NCBI GenBank assembly: GCA_943331445.1
Contig: CALQLO010000003.1
Coordinates: 66,173 to 130,172, forward strand
From: Akkermansia muciniphila
Lineage (GTDB): Bacteria > Verrucomicrobiota > Verrucomicrobiia > Opitutales > UBA953
Direction of reading: 5' to 3'
DNA length: 64,000 nt
Shown here: piece by piece, positions 59,947 to 64,000 of the stretch
Layout of the letters: each line of letters opens with the position of its first letter
How positions within the stretch are numbered: the first letter of the stretch is position 1
Made by a program: the position numbers and the translations under genes
Notes under the pieces: model-generated
The model's database searches: none
Told to the model about the DNA's origin: nothing
What the model saw: the letters and a program-made list of their open reading frames with translations, nothing else

Positions 59947-60096
59947 TTACTTCGACTGGCTATCCGTCGCCGGCTTCGCTTTAGCCGCGGGAGCGGGGGT
60001 GGCGGCTTTGGGGTCGCGGGGCTGCTCGAATACGATGATGCAGCCCGAGAGGGCGAGGCTAGCAAGGGCGAGGGCGGCGAGCAGGACGGTCTTCAT
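59947..60096 (-). CDS. Small lipoprotein (49 aa), not in the ORF track
   Basis: The minus strand reads MKTVLLAALALASLALSGCIIVFEQPRDPKAATPAPAAKAKPATDSQSK. It has a canonical lipobox L-S-G-C after a hydrophobic h-region. Confidence 0.4.
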   Translation of the reverse strand: MKTVLLAALALASLALSGCIIVFEQPRDPKAATPAPAAKAKPATDSQSK

Positions 60097-60134
60097 TGCC
60101 CTGATTTAGGTCCGCGCTGCCTCGTTGGCAAATC

Positions 60135-60166
60135 CACAAAATAAAAAGGCCGTCTTGCGACGGCCT
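60135..60166 (-). terminator. Rho-independent terminator after the exbB-exbD-exbD operon
   Basis: The minus strand reads AGGCCGTC-gcaa-GACGGCCT followed by TTTTTATTTTG. Confidence 0.8.
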
Positions 60167-60188
60167 AGGAGGGCGGTGGGTGCGTTGA

Positions 60189-60632
60189 TTATTCCGTATC
60201 TGCGACCGCGAAGGTGACGTTCGAGATGTTCGCCTTGGCGAGGCAGTCGAGGACGTTGATGACGCGCTCATAGCGGGCGGTCTCTTCGGCCTGTACCGTA
60301 ATCAGTAGCTTGGTCTTGGACTGCTCGGCAGCTTGGCCCATTTGCTTCATCTGATTATAGAGGTTCTCGAGCAGCTTGTCACCAGGGGCGCCGACAGGGT
60401 CTTCGTTCAGGGTGATTTCGCCGCTTTCGCTCACGCCGATAGTGACCTCGTCGGGCATCTCGGTTTCCTTGGAGGTCTCAGCGTTGCCTGGCAGGGTGGT
60501 CTTGAGCTCATGCTCCACTTTCACTGCACCGGCCATCACCATGAAGAAGAGCATGATTACGAAGACCACGTCGATCATCGGGGCGATTTGGAAGCCCGGG
60601 TTGGCGTCGGCTTGTTGTTCAACTTGTTTCAT
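60189..60632 (-). CDS. exbD: Biopolymer transport protein ExbD/TolR, copy 2
   Basis: FQIAPMIDVVFVIMLFFMV TM followed by a periplasmic domain; 147 aa. Confidence 0.85.
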   Translation of the reverse strand: MKQVEQQADANPGFQIAPMIDVVFVIMLFFMVMAGAVKVEHELKTTLPGNAETSKETEMPDEVTIGVSESGEITLNEDPVGAPGDKLLENLYNQMKQMGQAAEQSKTKLLITVQAEETARYERVINVLDCLAKANISNVTFAVADTE

Positions 60633-60635
60633 GGC

Positions 60636-61076
60636 TTATTCCTCGTGATTGAGGCCAGAGAAAGCGATGTTCTCGATGCCTGCCTCGGCGCCCCACTCGA
60701 GGGCCTTGGAGATGTATTTGGCGTGGCAGTCCTTGTCGGCGCGGACCAGTAAGCGGTACTTCGGATTGTCGCCTTTGCGGGCGGCGAGTTCTTTGGCGAT
60801 GCCGTCCTTGTCGTTCATATCAAGTTCGCGGTCGTCGAGCTTGTACTTGGGCATGCCGGTTGTCTTGTCCCAGGAGATGTTAATGAGTCCAGCGGCGGCC
60901 TTGTCGTCTCGCTTCACGCCGTTGGCGGCGACAGGGAGGGAGATGTTCTTGTCGACCTTGAGCACCTGCGACGAGGTGATGGACATGAAGAAAATCAGCA
61001 GCACCAAGAGCACGTCGATCATCGGCGCGACCTGGAACTCTGGTTCCCCTTCTCCGCCTCCTCCTCCGCCTGCCAT
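60636..61076 (-). CDS. exbD: Biopolymer transport protein ExbD/TolR, copy 1
   Basis: FQVAPMIDVLLVLLIFFM with the conserved Asp in the TM; 146 aa. Confidence 0.85.
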   Translation of the reverse strand: MAGGGGGGEGEPEFQVAPMIDVLLVLLIFFMSITSSQVLKVDKNISLPVAANGVKRDDKAAAGLINISWDKTTGMPKYKLDDRELDMNDKDGIAKELAARKGDNPKYRLLVRADKDCHAKYISKALEWGAEAGIENIAFSGLNHEE

Positions 61077-61112
61077 GGCTGTTTAGTTTGTTAGGGGGTG
61101 GAAGGTGTGCGC

Positions 61113-61910
61113 TTAGGCCTGAGGCTGGTCGGCCGCAGCGGCATTCCAGTCAGGCTTACCAGCGTAAATCTCTTCATCGCCCACCTTGCGTCCAGCGACT
61201 TCATCGTAGGGGAAAGCGCGGAAAAGACCGGTGGCAATCTCCGTGATGTCGTGGATACCCTTGTTGATACGGTTGGCCAAGAGGTAGTAAGACATGAAAG
61301 CCGGGATTGCGATGAAGAGACCCGAGGCGGTTGCCACGAGCACTTCGCCGATAGCTTCGGCAAGTTTGGAGGGGTCGCCTACGCCAGAGGAGCCGAGTTT
61401 TTCGAACGCCTTCATCATGCCCGTCACGGTGCCAGTGAGGCCGATCATCGGAGTGCAAACGCCGATCACGGAGAGGTAGGAGGAGCGGCCCTTGAGCTCG
61501 GCCTGGATGCGGGTGATTTCAGAGAGGATGGCCTCTTCGGTCATCGTCTTGCCATCTGGGGTGAAGGCGACGCCAGCCCGGACGACATCAGCCACCGGCG
61601 AACCAGCGGTCTTAGCGAAGGCGTAGGCACCGACATAGTCGCCGCGCTTGAAGAGCTCGCGGAGCTGATGGACGTGGTCGACGGGGTAGAGTTTGCCGGC
61701 CGAGGTGCGAATGACGCCATCGACGATGAACCAAATCATGGCGACGGAGCAGATCGTGATCGGATACATGACCCAACCGCCTTCGCGGAAGAGGTCCATG
61801 AGGGTCTTCTCATGTTTCACGGCGCCAGCGGCTTCCTGGGCGGAAGCGAGGACGGTCATGAGACCCAGGAAAGCTAGGGTCAGGGTGGTCTTGCGGAAGT
61901 TCATCTTCAT
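61113..61910 (-). CDS. exbB: MotA/TolQ/ExbB proton-channel protein with a signal peptide-like N-terminus
   Basis: It begins MKMNFRKTTLTLAFLGLMTVLASAQ. The typical blocks GWVMYPI and GLTGTVTGMMKAF...ATASGLFIAIPA follow. The start could be the ATG at 61910 or 61904. Confidence 0.85.
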   Translation of the reverse strand: MKMNFRKTTLTLAFLGLMTVLASAQEAAGAVKHEKTLMDLFREGGWVMYPITICSVAMIWFIVDGVIRTSAGKLYPVDHVHQLRELFKRGDYVGAYAFAKTAGSPVADVVRAGVAFTPDGKTMTEEAILSEITRIQAELKGRSSYLSVIGVCTPMIGLTGTVTGMMKAFEKLGSSGVGDPSKLAEAIGEVLVATASGLFIAIPAFMSYYLLANRINKGIHDITEIATGLFRAFPYDEVAGRKVGDEEIYAGKPDWNAAAADQPQA

Positions 61911-61966
61911 TGGGATGATGGGGTGTTGGGTAAGTTTTAGGTCGGGTTTTGGAAAGGGGCAAGGAC

Positions 61967-63001
61967 TCACTTATTGCCTTCGACGGCCTCTTCAGGTCGC
62001 AGCTTGGGCTTGGCCATAATGACGCCTTCGGGGAGCGGGCCGCCTTCAGCGATCTTCTTTTGGTCGGCCTCGGCCTTGGCACGCTCCTCCTTGGGTAGGA
62101 GCTTCTTGGCTTCTTCCGCTTCTTTGGAGACGGGGAAGGTGACAATGATGTCGTAGAGGTAGCGATTCGAGATGGCTTCCAACTTCTGCTCCTTGAGGGC
62201 TGGGCTATCCATGCCTCGGAACGAGCGGGCAGCCCCGAGGAGGGCCTTGGGTACGTGCTCCACTTCGGCACCGAAGAAGACTGGGACGCGGAGGTAGGCA
62301 TTCATGGCGGCCTCATATTTCTTCGAAGCGAAGAGAGAGTTGCCTTTAACGATGTGCAGGCGGGCCTGGATTTCGGAGCTCTCTATCTTGGTGATCAGTT
62401 CCGAGGCTTCAGAGATAACGGCGTCATGGTCGCCCTTGCGGGCACGCTGCATGAGACGGGCGAGCTGAATCTGGGTGGCGACGGCCGGCTGCTTGGCGAC
62501 GTCTTCCTTCTCGAAGGCATCGAGGAAACTAGCGGTAGCTGCGTCGTTCTCGAGGCGGTCAAGGGCGTCGAGCTTGATCAGCGAGGCCTTGGTCCACCAA
62601 GAGCCAGAGACGTTTTTCATCGGCTCAAAGAGGCGGAGAACGGCTTCGGCGTTGTCCAGCGCTTTGCCCGGCTCGCCGCGATTCACGTTGTTCTGCGCCT
62701 CGGTGAGGCGGGCAGGCATCGGCCAGAGGATGTCGATGACTTCCGTGAGTTTGCGAGTGAGGCCAACTTCGATGCCGCCCTGATTGGTGGTGCGATCGAT
62801 GGTACCCTTCACGGCATTAATGATGCCCTTTTTGGGGTCGGGGGTCGCTGGCTTCGGCGGGATGGACGTGGTGTCCAGTTTGAGGGGGTCATTAATTTCC
62901 CAGCGCTCCCCGCCCTTGAACACAAAGGTTTGCGCTTGGGCGGACGCGGCCAAAAGGAGGGCGACGATGGGGACGAACGGATGCCGGACGAAGTGTTTCA
63001 T
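61967..63001 (-). CDS. Secreted helical (TPR-like) protein, hypothetical, upstream of exbB
   Basis: It has the signal peptide MKHFVRHPFVPIVALLLAASAQAQ. The rest is mostly helical and ends in a charged tail (EEAKKLLPKEERAKAEADQKK). Confidence 0.5.
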   Translation of the reverse strand: MKHFVRHPFVPIVALLLAASAQAQTFVFKGGERWEINDPLKLDTTSIPPKPATPDPKKGIINAVKGTIDRTTNQGGIEVGLTRKLTEVIDILWPMPARLTEAQNNVNRGEPGKALDNAEAVLRLFEPMKNVSGSWWTKASLIKLDALDRLENDAATASFLDAFEKEDVAKQPAVATQIQLARLMQRARKGDHDAVISEASELITKIESSEIQARLHIVKGNSLFASKKYEAAMNAYLRVPVFFGAEVEHVPKALLGAARSFRGMDSPALKEQKLEAISNRYLYDIIVTFPVSKEAEEAKKLLPKEERAKAEADQKKIAEGGPLPEGVIMAKPKLRPEEAVEGNK

Positions 63002-63005
63002 ATGA

Positions 63006-64000
63006 TCAGAGGGTGAGGATGAGCGCTTTGGCTTCGGTGCCTTCGCGGGTATCTTTGATGCGATCCTTTTCGAGCATCTCCTTCAGGAGTAGCTTGGCGG
63101 CGTCCTTCTGGTTGAGTTTGCCCGCAAAGAGCTTGGCGGCGGCGAGGTAGGACTTGGCTGACCAGTTTTCGTATTTCTTCCAAGTCATGTAGCAGCGGCG
63201 ATAGTAGGCCACGGCTTCGTTGTAGCCTTTTTCGTCGGTGGCTTGGCGTTCGGCCATGAGGCCGAGCCAATAAAGCGAGGCCGCGGTTTTCTCGCCGCGC
63301 CATTCCTTGGTCTTGGCGATTTCCTCGAATTCTTTCTTGGCCTCCGGATACTTCTGCATCTCGGCAAGGCAGCGGGCACGGATGAAGCGGAGGTCGAGTT
63401 CCTTTGACATCAGGATATTATTATCAATCGCCTCGTTGCAGAGGGAGAGGGCTTCCTTGTACTTCTTGTCGGCGAACTGGATTTCCGCCAAGCCGGCGAA
63501 GGCAAAGTCGGCGTACTCCGAGGAGCGGCCGTGCTCAAGGATGTAGCCGAAGTATTCCCCGGCTTTCTTGTGGTCACCCTTGGTCAGTAGGCTGTCGCCG
63601 ACCATGGCGAGAATCGTCGGGCTGAGTTCCTCGGCCTTGTAGTTGGCGGCGATTTTACCGAAGTAGAGGGCGGTTTTCTCGGGTTCGCGGTTGAGGGCGG
63701 CGAGTTGGCCGAGTGCAAAGAAGCCGCGAGCCTGGGCTACCAGCGAGTCGCGATGCTCTTCGAGTCGCAGTAACTTGGTCATCTCGGCTTCGGCGTTTTC
63801 CGAGGTGTAAGCGCCCGGCAGTGGCTTGGCGCCGGGCTTCACGCGCTTGACCTTGCGGGAAAGTTTTTCCGCGAGGAAGGCGATCAGCTTTTCAGTTCCT
63901 TCTTGGGTGCGGTCATTGATGGATTCGGAGACGGCGTCCGAGAGAATTTTGAGCGCGCGCTTCTTTTGGTCGGAGATGCTGGTCTGGCGGTCGGCCTCGA
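63006..64000 (-). CDS. TPR-repeat protein, 3' part; the gene probably continues beyond the right edge
   Basis: TPR-like units are present (ALYFGKIAANYKAEE, HKKAGEYFGYILEHG, KKYKEALSLCNEAIDNN, QKYPEAKKEFEEIA, YNEAVAYYRRCYMTW). The track start at 63842 is a GTG, and the frame stays open upstream to the window end (..LIAFLAEKLSRKVKRV-KPGAK..). Confidence 0.55.
   Translation of the reverse strand, partial: EADRQTSISDQKKRALKILSDAVSESINDRTQEGTEKLIAFLAEKLSRKVKRVKPGAKPLPGAYTSENAEAEMTKLLRLEEHRDSLVAQARGFFALGQLAALNREPEKTALYFGKIAANYKAEELSPTILAMVGDSLLTKGDHKKAGEYFGYILEHGRSSEYADFAFAGLAEIQFADKKYKEALSLCNEAIDNNILMSKELDLRFIRARCLAEMQKYPEAKKEFEEIAKTKEWRGEKTAASLYWLGLMAERQATDEKGYNEAVAYYRRCYMTWKKYENWSAKSYLAAAKLFAGKLNQKDAAKLLLKEMLEKDRIKDTREGTEAKALILTL

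Noticed and set aside
63775-63785. Apparent 1-nt discrepancy. Reading the printed sequence across the 63780/63781 line break gives ...cttggtc|catctc..., whereas the track translation (..AEAEMTKLL..) requires ...cttggtcatctc.... The last printed line also seems to hold 41 bases.
   Set aside because: I cannot verify character counts reliably by eye, and the ORF track treats the gene as intact. I treat this as a formatting or reading artefact, not as a frameshift or pseudogene. Re-translating 63006..64000 from the raw file would settle it.

Overview
Gene-dense, high-GC (about 60-65% by eye) chromosomal window. It holds about 58 protein genes and 3 tRNAs. I saw no rRNA, CRISPR array, transposase, integrase or phage genes. 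Family calls come from reading motifs in the supplied translations; no similarity search was run. The gene set suggests a Gram-negative bacterium of the PVC/Verrucomicrobiota type (Opitutae-like). This is a guess based on RNase Y together with RNase E/G, the PilB-PilT-PilB-PilC module, a TorF-like porin and an Agl23-like membrane protein.

Most of the window is housekeeping:
- polyamine synthesis (carboxynorspermidine synthase and decarboxylase)
- proBA, ruvB, murA, rny, an FtsW/RodA-family gene and RNase E/G
- a P1B-4-type metal ATPase, icd and rplM-rpsI
- a contiguous argC-J-B-D-F-G block
- ispF, ndk, serS, tilS, ftsH and coaE
- mutL, uvrB, nadE and thrBC

Parts that are not ordinary:
1. 39.6-42.4 kb: two tandem paralogous membrane proteins. 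Each combines a TonB/TolA-style S-x3-H transmembrane anchor, a Gly-rich linker and a minimal vWA/MIDAS core. They lie just after a PilB-PilT-PilB-PilC module and run into a YbgC-like thioesterase / Agl23-like GT-C / ApbE-like gene string. This is my best candidate for an undescribed system.
2. 60.2-64.0 kb: an ExbB-ExbD-ExbD motor with no tonB beside it, preceded by two helical/TPR proteins.
3. 7.4-8.4 kb: a 316-aa Arg/Pro/Glu/Gly-rich repeat protein with an RGG tail and a membrane-targeting-like amphipathic helix, between rny and murA.
4. 15.3-15.7 kb: a single-chain tandem ribbon-helix-helix protein with a histone-H1-like Lys/Ala tail, divergent from the metal ATPase, with direct repeats in the shared promoter.
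5. 39.43-39.51 kb: an initiator-type tRNA-Met with unusual 1:72 and 29:41 pairs.

Many long ORFs in the track are antisense or alternate-frame shadows typical of high-GC DNA and were rejected.
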